Positions 37,021 to 48,234 of a stretch of DNA of 64,000 bases are shown piece by piece (the stretch's first letter is position 1; each line of letters begins with the position of its first letter). This DNA comes from Squalus acanthias. Taxonomy: Eukaryota. The notes below the pieces were generated by a model, which ran no database searches, had not been told where the DNA came from, and saw only the letters and a list, made by a program, of their open reading frames with translations. The stretch is taken from positions 49,974,001 through 50,038,000 of the forward strand of contig CM059432.1 of assembly GCA_030390025.1 (NCBI GenBank). The letters are read 5' to 3'. The translations under genes were made by a program, and so were the position numbers.

Positions 37021-37605
37021 AATTTATCAAATCTTAATTTTCCTTCCATCACTGTGGGGAAATACTAACTTAAAATTAGGACACTTAAATTTAATAATGT
37101 CCAATATCTTTAAATTTCGTTCAGCCATACTAAAGTTGTTGCTTACAACTGGAGAAAAATTATTTTTTTTTCACCTTAAAACAAATTGCTTCGGAGGATT
37201 CCACCATAGCAACCGCGACTCCAAGGTTAAATCTTAGACTGAAACTTAGGGGTAGAAATTAGGTCGCGCCCCGTTTGGGGCGCAAATATCGTCCGGACGC
37301 AAATATTAGCGCCTGGTGCTAATTATCGGCACTGACAGGAAACTTCACTTTTACCGCCCCGGGAGGTGAGTGGAGCGCTAAATTAGGCGCTGCACACCTC
37401 TCTTAAGGCGCAAAGGCCAAGGAGTGAGGCGTTAACTCAGCGCACGAGCGCAGCGCAGCTGCTGCCAGTTAGCGAGGGAACACAGACACAATGGCGCTGG
37501 ACACTTCTTAAAGCGGGGGGGGCCACTTGCTCCCCAGCCACACCCTGCTCATTGCAGCCTTGAATCTCAGCCTGGAGAGACCTGTAATCCATTTTGCTGC
37601 CAAGC

Positions 37606-39428
37606 ATGGAGAGGGTGAGAGAACGAGCTCAGCGCTTCACCGAGCGGGCCTTGGATGCTCTGGTTGACGCAGTGGAGCGCAGACGATGCATGCTGTTCCC
37701 GGAGAGTGGCAGGAGGCCTTTGCCACGCGAGTTCAGAAGAGTGTGGAGGGAGGTGGCTCAGAGCGTCTCCTCCAGGAGCATGGTGCCCAGGACCCATGTT
37801 CAATGCCGCAAAAAGTTCAACGACCTCATTCGGGTCGTCAGGGTGAGTGGCTTTTTCTCAATACCTCTCCATCCCTCCATCTCAACCTCACTCTATGGCC
37901 AGAGGGTCTTAAAACCCCAATGCACAACACTCATCCAACACCTATGGCCCTTTCATCAAACACACACACACATTCCACACTTTGCATACAGTAAGGGCTA
38001 TTCACCTATGGGAGGCACATCAGGCAAGACCATGGCTGTATATTGTAAGGGCTATTCACCTATGGGAGGCACATCAGGCAAGACCATGGCTGTATATTTA
38101 CTCAGATGCTGTCCTTTTTCTTGCAGGCTAAGCTGGCTCATAATCGGAGACAGCAGCAACGGACGGGTGGAGGGCGGCTTCAGCTGCAACCCCTCAGCGA
38201 TCTGGAGGAGCGCGTCCACAGGATTGTGGCAAGCCGGGTGATCGGTCCCGTCGCCACTGGAGACGCCGACCCCGTTGTGGACAGCAATGGTAAGGTCATC
38301 ACCTTTTTGTCCTCTGTCCTTCCACTTGTCCCTCACAATACCAGCCTTTGACACTTTCAATCCAACTTGCTAACTCGCTGCACTTATTCCTCCCTTACTG
38401 CCACCCTGTCCTCACGCTAAAGCCACTCTTGTACCTCCCTGCTTTCAGATGGTGATTCACCAGCTGAGGAGACGGGCCCTGAAGCTGCCACTGGGAGTGA
38501 TGCTGCAGCTGAGGAGGAAGAGGAAGCCGGAGCATCAGTGCCACCCTCTCCCGAGGAAGCCCATGCCCACACTGGGAACACGCCTTCCCCGGAGGGGAGC
38601 AGGGGGGAAGGGGCTGATGATGGTGAAGCTCCAGGACCCAGCGGGCTGCAGCAACGCCATGGGGGGGGTAGGGAAGAACGGGGGCCTTCTCCCCAGAGGG
38701 AGAGTATGCCAGACACTCCTACTGCAATGGACGCAGAGGAGGAGCGGCTGATTGCAGAAATGAACAGCCAGGCGGTGGGCATGCACACTGAGCTCATGGG
38801 TGCAGTGGGAAGGGTGCCCGAATGCACTGAATCACTGGCAAGGAGTGTGGAGCACTTCGCTGTAGCACAGGCGGATGCCACACTAAAGCTTAGTGCTGCA
38901 ATTCAGTCACTGGCTGCCAGGAACCCATCTGAGACTGCTCTCATGCAGACTCATGTTGAGGCCACGCGAGCACTGACTGCTGCCATCCTCGATGGTTCGT
39001 GCACATGTCCCCGGGGCTGTCACCGCGCCGCAGCAGGCCAGCAATCTGTTCTCCGGCAAATTGCTCCGGATGCTGAAGTGCTGCCCCGTGGGAGTGCCAG
39101 TGTGTCGGGCGAGCAGGGAGTTGCTGTCCTCTCTCACGATGACAGCATTCCTGCTGCCAACACTGTCACTTCTCCACTGCACTTGCCACCGCCTGTAGGA
39201 CAGACTGCTGCCGCCCTTGCAGAGTTGGTGCAGTCTGCAGCCGGGCCCTCCAGGCCCAGAAGTGGTCGAGGCCGTCCTTCAGGGGCATCTGCAGTGTCAG
39301 GGTCTGACGAGCAGCAGCCTTCCACCAGCCTTGCTGCAGCCACTGAGGTCCCATCACGGAGGAGCAGTAGGGTTAGAAGGGGGGAAGTGCGCAAGGGAAG
39401 GAGATCACCCTCGAAGGGCAAAAAGTAG
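37606..39428 (+). CDS. Harbinger Myb/SANT-like DNA-binding protein, 3 exons (37606-37842, 38127-38289, 38449-39428), predicted 459 aa
   Basis: RFTERALDALV..WREVAQSVS..RTHVQCRKKFNDL; GTGAGT/TTGCAG (phase 0) and GTAAGG/TTTCAG (phase 1) introns give a continuous 1380-nt frame; basic C-terminus. Confidence 0.88.
37991..38098. repeat. Perfect 54-bp tandem duplication in intron 1
   Basis: GTAAGGGCTATTCACC...GGCTGTATATT twice (37991-38044, 38045-38098). Confidence 0.95.
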
Positions 39429-39722
39429 GAGGTGTGCCAAAATGCTGGTCATTTTTTTATTAAAGGCCGAGGTTCATGGTCCAACTTTTGTTTAGTGTTT
39501 TGGACATTATCTCCAGGTTGTGAGAACCAGTTATGTTATTGACTGTTTTTTTGTGTTTATTTCTATGAGTTTGTCATGAGGAATTGACACACACAGAGTT
39601 TGTAAAATAAATAAGTTTCTGTATTCAAAATATACATGGCTGGTGGTTGGAATTATTGGTGCCTTGGCCGGCTTAGGGGTTGCGTGCTGGGTTGATTAGT
39701 GTTTGTAGCAATGGCAGGGGCC

Positions 39723-40883
39723 CTAAGAGCGGCTTGCTATTAGTCGTTGACGGACGGCCCTTGCAGTTTGACCATTGTGGGCCGCCCTCCTGCCTTGGTG
39801 CTGCTGATGATCATCGTCCTCGTCCTCTTCCTCCTCTTCCTCCTCCTCCTCTGGTGGTGCTCCAAGGCCTGGTGGCATTGGCTGGGTCCTGAGGATTGCC
39901 ATGTTGTGCAACATGCAGCACACGACTACGAAGTTCGAAACTTGCTCAGGCGAGTACTGCAGGGCTCCTCCGGAATGGTCCAGACAGCGGAACCGTTGTT
40001 TCAGCACGCCGATTGTGCGCTCAATAATGTTCCTGGTTGCTTGATGGCTTTCATTGTACCGCAGCTCAGCAGGGGTGTTTGGCGTACGGAGCGGTGTCAT
40101 CAGCCAGGTGCTCAATGCGTACCCCTTGTCCCCCAGAAGCCAACCAACTGGCTGATGCGGTGCCTCGAAAACTTCTGCCACAGTAGTCTGGCGCAGGATG
40201 AAAGCATCGTGGCAGCTGCCCGGATAGTGGGCATTGACAGCGAGTATCACCTGTCTGTGGTCACAGACCAACTACACATTCAAGGAATGGAACCCCTTTC
40301 TGTTCCTGAATTCCTCTGCATTCTCTCGCGGAGCACGCAAAGCCACATGCGTGCAGTCAATGGCGCCCTGCACCATGGGGAAGCCCGCTACCCTCGCAAA
40401 GCCCAGAGCACGGTCACGCTGCTTGTCTGGGGTCATAGGGAAAGAGATGAAGTCTCGTCTCCTTCTGAAGAGGGCATTGGTGACCTGCCGGATGCAGCGA
40501 TGCACCGCAAACTGGGAGATATTGGCGAGGTCCCCAACAGCAGCTTGGAATGAGCCAGTGGCGTAGAAGTTCAAAGCCACTGTGACCTTCACTGCCACCG
40601 ACAGAGACGTCCTGGACCTCAGCTGAGGCTGCAGATCTGGCTGCAGCAGGTGGCAGAGCTCAGTGACCACCTCCTTGCTGAATCGCAGCCTTCGCAAACA
40701 CAGCTCCTCGGACATATGGATGTAGGAGAGCTGTTCACGATATACCCTGGGAGGGTAAGCTCTCCTGTACATGCGCCTGATGGCCCTCCTCCGTCTGGCC
40801 ATCATTGCCACTCTCTGTCTGCGTCTCACTATCCTCCGATTCAGCTGGAGCAGGACGACGCCCCCAATCATTGCAGCCCCCAT
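39723..40883 (-). pseudogene. Harbinger (IS5-like DDE) transposase with a single nonsense codon
   Basis: ORFs 40272-40883 and 39723-40271 are in frame (NV*LVCDH, TAG where CAG is expected); GAIDCTH, HDAFIL, LLGDKGY, IERTIGVLKQRF intact. Confidence 0.93.
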
Positions 40884-42059
40884 ATTCTCTTTGCCAGAAA
40901 AGTAATGAGGTACAGCAACTAAAGTAGCAACAAAGTTAGGATGAACTAGGCAAAACTACCTCACAAAGCGTTGAGTCAATGTAGAAGTCTCTCTCTCTCT
41001 CTCTCCGAATCTCTCTCTCTCTCTCAGAATGAGTGGTGCATAAATGTCGACCACAGAAAAAGACAGGAAGAGGCCCCCTTTAAATAGCGCCCCCCCCAGC
41101 CCCACACCGATTGATAACGTTCCAGTCTTCCGGTCGTTGGAAGCGCCAGGCGGTAAGGCAGGGGGCGCCACTCAATTTCCGCTCCGGGGCGCCCCAAGGG
41201 CGTTGCACCATGGAATGACGTCACAATCTGCGCGTGCAGGTGGTCGCAGCGGTAAGTTTTAGCGCCGCCGCACAATCTCAAGTTAAGTTCTCGAGCGGCA
41301 CAAACAGCGCTGCGCCCAGGCGTTAGCGGCTTAACGCCCCATTAGCGCCCTCTTAAGGCGCTAACGGGAGGCGCAACCAAGTGAATTTTTACCCCTTAAT
41401 CTTTTGTTAAACAAACTTTTTGTTTTTCTTCTCAGTTTTTACACACCAGCTTAACTTAAATTGTAGTTTGAAGTTTTGTTTCAATTCTGGGTGCACAATC
41501 TTATACACAAATTTACACCAACCAGAATTTCACTGTGGCCACAATGAAAGTCTGGTTTTAATAGGTTAATTCACCTCCAACTCCAATTCAATCCAGATCA
41601 GTTTTTTTTAAACTAACCAGTATCACTTGGAAAAGAAAGAAACCACATTAACAAAGAAACAATTACTCATGCCTTGTAAACATTCAAATTCATTTTCTTC
41701 CAGGCAAATTGGCAACTGTGACCTCAAGGCTGAAGCTTATCTTTTGTAAAACAATTAACAAACTTAAAACAACACACACTTGTCCGTCATTCAAGACAGG
41801 TCTCCAAAGGGTTAAACAGCTTTTAGCTCTCTGTACAAAAGAGTGGGTGGAGCTAAAACAAAAATGCCTTCCACTTTTTTTTTAAAAACAGACTTTCAGA
41901 CAAAAGAAATACTGTAACTTCTTAAACATTCACAGTCAGTGAAACTTTTACTCTTTAACACACACTTTCACCCAAACTGAGATCCCAGCATTTGTTAATT
42001 TTTTAAGGTTCCTGTCACTTAGCAAATCTTGAGTTTTATTTGTCTCGGCACAAATATTA

Positions 42060-42504
42060 ATAACTTCCATGTCGGTTTGTTTCCTGACTCATACCCTTTC
42101 TTAATCATCTTCCCTTGGTTAATTGTTGTCAGAGGTATGTCTCTTCCTTACTCCCGCAGAGTGAGACCGCACTTGCAACCTGTGTTGTCAGAGGTAAGTC
42201 TCTTCCTTACTCCCGCAGAGTGAGACCGTACTTGCAACCTCCTTTGTATAATAATAGCTCTTGTTCTAATTCAAGAATTCTTTCATTTTTACTTGCAAGT
42301 TTAGTGTGGAGTCGCTGCACCTTGTTTGTTAATGCGACTAATTGGTTTACTAGTATTACCCTCGCCTTTTTCATCTTTTTCTGTTTTTGACCCTCTACCA
42401 CTCTCTTTTTCCTTCGGATTCTGGAGCGGGTCCCACCCCTCCTTCGTCATCTTATCAACTAAACCCTTCCGGTCGTCTGCATAGGTCATAGTAAGGGACC
42501 CCAT
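42060..42504 (-). pseudogene. Possible gag N-terminal remnant
   Basis: MG- start ~500 bp after the PBS; after a frameshift, a coiled-coil-like stretch LVALTNKVQRLHTKLASKNERILELEQELL; broken by a 59-bp duplication (42124-42240). Positional inference only. Confidence 0.4.
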
Positions 42505-43012
42505 TCGTCCCTATTCTATTTCTTTCTACCACGCCATATATAGTCCAACTTTCAGTCTTACCAAATACTGAGTTCCTCTAATCGGGTTAGTTCTTGATAC
42601 CTTAAAAGACTTTAAGCGGTTACGTAGTCACAGCACACACACATATATTAATTGACTTCACGATCCCAGGGTACTTTGGTTCTCTACACCTACTTGATCC
42701 TGGCCATTACGTGGGGCCCAATCGCCCTCTTAATTCTGGCTCAGGCTAGGTGTGTGAGACAGGCGCCCTCCTTGTCCGTGTCGATCAGTCAATCACTCAT
42801 ACCTTCGCGACATTTATCGCTACACAGTGTTCTCTTAGTACACGCGATCCACACTCACACAACTGTGTTCTCCTACCTCTAACAGACTTTCACTTGATTC
42901 GTGATGCTATGGCACTGCCTCTCCGCCTATCCAAGTGACTCAATTTCTGGACGGTCAAAATTTGACTTCTCGTCCGGCTTCACTGGTACGGGGGGTCTTT
43001 CAGTCCCAGAGC

Positions 43013-43030
43013 ATCCTGCCGACTATGCCA
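43013..43030 (-). promoter_or_regulatory. Primer binding site, tRNA-Ser
   Basis: Minus strand TGGCATAGTCGGCAGGAT, 2 nt from the LTR; 17 of 18 complementary to the vertebrate tRNA-Ser 3' end ATCCTGCCGACTACGCCA. Confidence 0.9.
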
Positions 43031-43032
43031 AT

Positions 43033-43576
43033 TGTTGGTGAAAAATTAATTCACTCGAGTCTGTCTTAAAGCAAAAGATCACAGTTTATTATTCAGTGCA
43101 CTCTGGGAGAACGGTCACAGCCTGCGGTCTCATGACCCGCTTCTCAATTTAACAATGGCAGCCATGCTTCTTTATACACCTCAAGAAGACAGAAAATACA
43201 AACCTCAGCACAGTCATTACATCATAAGTGACTCTTATGGTCTCTAAAAACAACTTGTTTAGAATCTTACAATGTTAGCGAAACTCATCTTTTACTTCTG
43301 CTTTTGGTCAGCCATCTGCGCTGCAAGGTTCCATTCTTAGCCTTTTCAAGGCTAGTTTATTATAAAAAACAATGATTCACATTTTTGTTCTGCAGTGTCT
43401 GCATTATCAATACTGCAGCCGAAGCAAGTTGGTCTTTTATCTAATTATACCCCTGTCTCCATGCCTTCGGGAGATACTTTGACCTTTACTATAGTCCTTT
43501 AAGCAGTTCAACTAATCTTAAACATTACAACTGATTTGCCCTTACATTATTACAATTAATTTTTTTTACACTTACA
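43033..43576 (-). repeat. 5' LTR (544 bp)
   Basis: Direct repeat of 32947-33491; adjacent to the PBS. Confidence 0.97.
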
Positions 43577-43994
43577 CCACCCCACTGTTTGCACATCTTC
43601 AGTCCTTTCTATATCTCTGCAATATCTCTTTTATATCATCTGCTTTCTAACTAGGAATTTGCATATCATTTAACATATTGGGGTAAAATTTCCTTAGGAT
43701 TCTCCCAAACTCTCACTGAAATTTCAGCAAAAGATCAGCAGAAAGCTGGAGAAATGGTGTTAATGGTTGTTTCCACCAATTCACTTTTCTCACTGCAAGG
43801 TTTTTGGTCCAGTTCCTTCCCCTGAACTGGTGGTCTATAGCAGATGCCCATAGTTAGTTTCCTTCCCCTAATGTGTCTCATTCTTATTTGCAGAGATATC
43901 TACACCCAGATAGGTCCATCAGTGTTATAATCAGGTTTTCTTTCAAATAAAATGCCACACCCTCTCCTAGTGACACTACAGCAAAGGTAAGAAA

Positions 43995-45433
43995 TGTAAC
44001 CTCACTATTTAAGAAAGGAGTGAGAGAGAAAACGGGGACCAGTTAGCCTGACATCAGTAGTCGGGAAAATGCTAGAATCTATTATTAAGGACATGGTAAC
44101 AGGGCACTTAGAAAATAATAATAGGATTGGGCAGAGTCAACACGGATTTATGAAAGGGAAATCATGTTTGACAAATCTGTCAGAGTTTTTTGAGGTTGTA
44201 ACTAGCAGAATAGATGAGTGGGAACCAGGGGATGTGGTGTATTTGGATTTTCAGAAGGCATTCAATAAGGTGGCATACAAGAGGTTATTAAACAAAATTA
44301 GGGCTCATGGGATTGGGGGTAATATACTAGCATGGATTGAGGATTGGTTAACGGACAAAAATCAGAGAGTAGGAATAAATGGGTCATTTTTGGGTTGGCA
44401 GGCTGTAACTAGTGGGGTACCGCAAGGATCAGTGCTTGTGCCTCAGCTATTCACAATCTACATCAATGATTTGGATGAGGGGACCAAATGTAATATATCC
44501 AAGTTTGCTGATGAGACAAAGCTAGGTGGGAATGTAAGTTGTGAGGAGGATGCAAAGAGGCTTCAAGGGGCTTTTGACAGGCTAAGTGAGTGGGCAAGAA
44601 CATGGCAAATGGAATATAACGTGGAGAAATGTGAAGTTATTCACTTTGGTAGGAAAAATAGAAAATCTGAGTATTTTTTAAATGGTGAGAGATTGGGAAA
44701 GGTTGGTGTTCAGAGGGACCTTGGTGTCCTTGTACACGAATCACTGAAAGTTAACATGCAGGTACAGCAAGTAATTAGGAAAGCAAATGGTATGTTGGCC
44801 TTTATTACAAGAGGATTTGAGTATAAGAGTAAAGACGTCTCTCTGCAATTATATAGGGCCCTGGTGAGACCACACCTGGAGTATTGTGTACAGTTTTGGT
44901 CTCCTTACCTAAGGAAGGAAACACTTGCCATAGAGGAAGTGCAACAAAGGTTCACCAGACTGGTTCCTGGGATGGGGGGATTGTCTTATGAGGAGCGATT
45001 GAGTAGACTACGCCTATATTCCCTGGAACTTAGAAGAATGAGAGCTGATCTCATTGAAACATACAAAATTCTTACAGGGTTTGACAGGGTAGATGCAGGG
45101 AGGATGTTTCCCCTGACTGGGGAGTCTAGAACCAGGTGTTACAGTCTCAGAATAAGGGGTCGGCCATTTAGGACTGAGATGAGGAGACATTTCTTCACTC
45201 AGAGGCTGGTGAATCTTTGGAATTCTCTACCCCAGAGGACTGTGGAGGTTCAGTCATTGCGTATATTCAAGATAGAGATCGATAATTTTTTGGATATTAA
45301 GGGAATCAAGGGATATGGGGATAGTGCTGGAAGGTGGAGTTGAGGTAGAAGATCAGCCATGATCTTATTGAATGGCGGAGCAGGCTCGAGGGGCTGAATG
45401 GCCTACTCCTGCTCCTATTTCTTATGTTCTTAT
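43995..45433 (+). mobile_element. 5'-truncated CR1 (family C) with open 424-aa RT segment
   Basis: ORF 44069-45343; catalytic motif reads FADE rather than FADD; CR1 3' UTR and tail. Confidence 0.95.
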
Positions 45434-47125
45434 ATGAATTGATGATTGTGTGTGCATGGAAGGAGAATTGACTGTATTGGTTACAGAATTTTGAAATTGT
45501 TAATTATTGCCTCAGTTTAACATTTGTCCTCACTACAGTAAGTAAAGACAGTTGATGCCCTATGATTTTCTTGATCAGTCAATGACCAGCTACATTCTGA
45601 GCACCACTTAATTTTCCTCCATTACAGGAGATCATTTTATCCTATTGCAGGCTTTGCATGCTGTCAATCCAGTATGCCCACTGCATTGAATCACCGTGTT
45701 TTATTCTAGAATCAAAGCTTTTGATTAATTACCTGACTGAACATTTGTTTTTCCAAGTCAGCCAAATTGTGTTGTGTTCATCAATTGAATCTGGTTCACT
45801 TCATATCTCTTTGCAGATAATTTCATTTTTTTTTACTTGAATTAAGAACATAAGAACATAAGAAATAGGAGCAGGAGTAGGCCAATCGGCCCCTCGAGCC
45901 TGCTCCGCCATTCAATAAGATCATGGCTGATCTGATCCTAACCTCAAATCTAAAGAACACAAGAAGTAGGAGCAGGACCCGGCCACTCAGCCCCTGGGCT
46001 CGCTCCGCCACCCACAGGGCCTTGACCGATCCGAACTCAGCCTCATGTCCAATTTCCTGCCCGCTCCCCGTAACCCCTAATTCCCTTTACTTCTAGGAAA
46101 CTGTCTATTTCTGTTTTAAATTTATTTAATGATGTAGCTTCCACAGCTTCCTGGGCAGCAAATTCCACAGACCTACTACCCTCTGAGTGAAGAAGTTTCT
46201 CCTCATCTCAGTTTTGACAGAGCAGCCCCTTATTCTAAGATTATGCCCCCTAGTTCTAGTTTCATACATCCTTGGGAACATCCTTACCGCATCCACCCAA
46301 TCAAGCCCCTTCACAATCTTATATGTTTCAATAAGATCGCATCTCATTCTTCTGAACTCCAATGAGTAGAGTCCCAATCTACTCAACCTCTCCTCATATG
46401 TCCACCCCCTCATCCCCGGGATTAACCGAGTGAACCTTCTTTGTACTGCCTCGAGAGCAAGTATGTCTTTTCTTAAGTATGGACACCAAAACTGTATGCA
46501 ATATTCCAGGTGCGGTCTCACCAATACTTTATATAACTGGAGCAATACCTCCCTGTTTTTATAATCTATCCCCCTAGCAATAAAAGCCAACATTCCGTTG
46601 GCCTTCTTGATCACCTGCTGCACCTGCATACTAACTTTTTGATTTTCTTGCACGAGGACCCCCAGATCCCTTTGTACTGCAGTACTTTCCAGTTTTTCGC
46701 CATTAAGATAATAACTTGCTCTCTGATTTTTCCTGCCAAAGTGCATAACCTCACATTTTCCAATATTGTATTGCATCTGCCAAATCTCTGCCCACTCACC
46801 CAGCCTGTCTATATCCCCTTGTAGGTTTTTTATGTCCTCCTCACTTTCTACTTTCCCTCCCATCTTTGTATCATCTGCAAACTTTGATATGTTACACTCG
46901 GTCCCCTCCTCCAAATCGTTAATATAGATTGTAAAGAGTTGGGGACCCAGCACTGACCCCTGCGGAACACCACTGGCTACTGGTTGCCAATCCGAGAATG
47001 AACCATTTATCCCAACTCTCTGCTTCCTGTTAGATAACCAATCCTCCACCCATGCCAGAATATTACCCCCAATCCAGTGATTTGTTATCTTGAGCAATAA
47101 TCTTTTATGTGGCACCTTGTCGAAT

Positions 47126-48234
47126 AGAAGATAGGAGCAGGAGTAGGCCATTCGGCCCCTCGAGCCTGCTCCGCCATTCGATGAGATCATGGCTGATCAT
47201 CTAAACTCAGTACCCTGTACCTGCCTTCTCCCCATATACCTTGATACCTTTAGCTTTAAGAAATATATCTAACTCAACCTTGAATATATTTAATGACTTC
47301 GCCTCAACTACCTTCTGTGGTAGAGAATTCCACAGGTTCACCACTCTCCGGGTGAAGAAATTCTTCCTCATTTCTGTCCTAAATGGTTTACCCGTTATCC
47401 GTAGATTATGACCCCTGGTTCTGGATTCTCCGACCATCGGGACCATTCTTCCTGCATCTAGTTTGTCCAGACCTGTCAGAATTTTATATGTTTCGATGAG
47501 ATCCCCTCTCATTCTTCTATACTCCAGTGAGTATGAGCCCAATCGACCCAATCTCTCCTCATATGTCATTCCTGCCATCCCAGGTATCAGCCTTGTGAAT
47601 CTTCGCTGAACTCCTTCCATGGCAAGAACATCCTTCCTCAGATAAGGCGACCAAAACTGCACACACTACTCAAGGTGTGGTCTCACCAAGGCCCTGTACA
47701 ACAGCAGCAGGACATCCCTGCTCCTATACTCAAACCCTTTTGCTATGAATGCCAACATACCATTTGCCTTCTTCACCGCCTGCTGCACCTGCATGCTTAC
47801 TTTCAGCGACTGGTGCACAAGGACACCCAGGTCTCGTTGCACTTCCCCTTTTCCCAATCTATTGCCATTCAGATAATAGTCTGCCTTTCTGTTTTTGACA
47901 CCAAAGTGGATAACCTCGCACTTATTCACGTTATATTGCATCTGCCACGCTTCTGCCCACTCACCCAACCTGTCCAGATCATCCTGGAGTTTCTCAGTAT
48001 CCTCCTCGCAGCACACACTCCCACCCAGCTTTGTGTCATCTGCAAACTTGGAGATATTACATTTAATTCCCTTATCTAGATCATTAATGTATATTGTGAA
48101 TAGCTGGGGTCCAAGGACCGATCCCTGCGGTACCCCACTAGTCACTGCTTGCCACTCGGAAAAAGACCCATTAATTCCTACTCTCTGCTTTCTGTCCGCC
48201 AACCAGTTCTCTATCCAAGTCAATACCTTGCCCC
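47126..48234 (-). mobile_element. CR1 family B insertion nested in family A RT
   Basis: Host DFQKA|FDKVPH is split (48235 / 47125); the insert closely matches 55300-56405. Confidence 0.92.

Larger units (their letters stand above)
37249..41395. mobile_element. Full-length PIF/Harbinger DNA transposon, 4147 bp
   Basis: TIRs GGGGTAGAAATT / AATTTTTACCCC (11 of 12); TTA TSD at 37246-37248 and 41396-41398; convergent Myb/SANT and DDE transposase genes. Confidence 0.96.
32947..43576 (-). mobile_element. Endogenous retrovirus-like provirus, internally deleted/non-autonomous
   Basis: Paired LTRs TG..CA, 4-bp TSD CCAC (32943-32946, 43577-43580), PBS, PPT, retroviral-type RNase H and integrase, env-like remnant. 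Confidence 0.95.

Noticed and set aside
37594..38241. 215-aa unspliced Myb protein
   Set aside because: Reads through a canonical intron containing a tandem duplication; the spliced model fits better.
39747..40553. 268-aa plus-strand ORF
   Set aside because: Antisense shadow of the GC-rich transposase; no recognisable motifs.
39723..40883. Domesticated host gene HARBI1
   Set aside because: It lies between TIRs with a TSD, is paired with a Myb gene and has a nonsense codon, so it is a transposon copy.
32947..43576. Assignment to a named retroviral genus (epsilon, spuma, loki)
   Set aside because: RT and most of env are missing; the class cannot be determined without a phylogeny.
46126..47190. 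354-aa protein-coding gene
   Set aside because: Chance fusion of a CR1 3' UTR to the host CR1 RT at a nested junction; ORF 12963-13775 is likewise chimeric.
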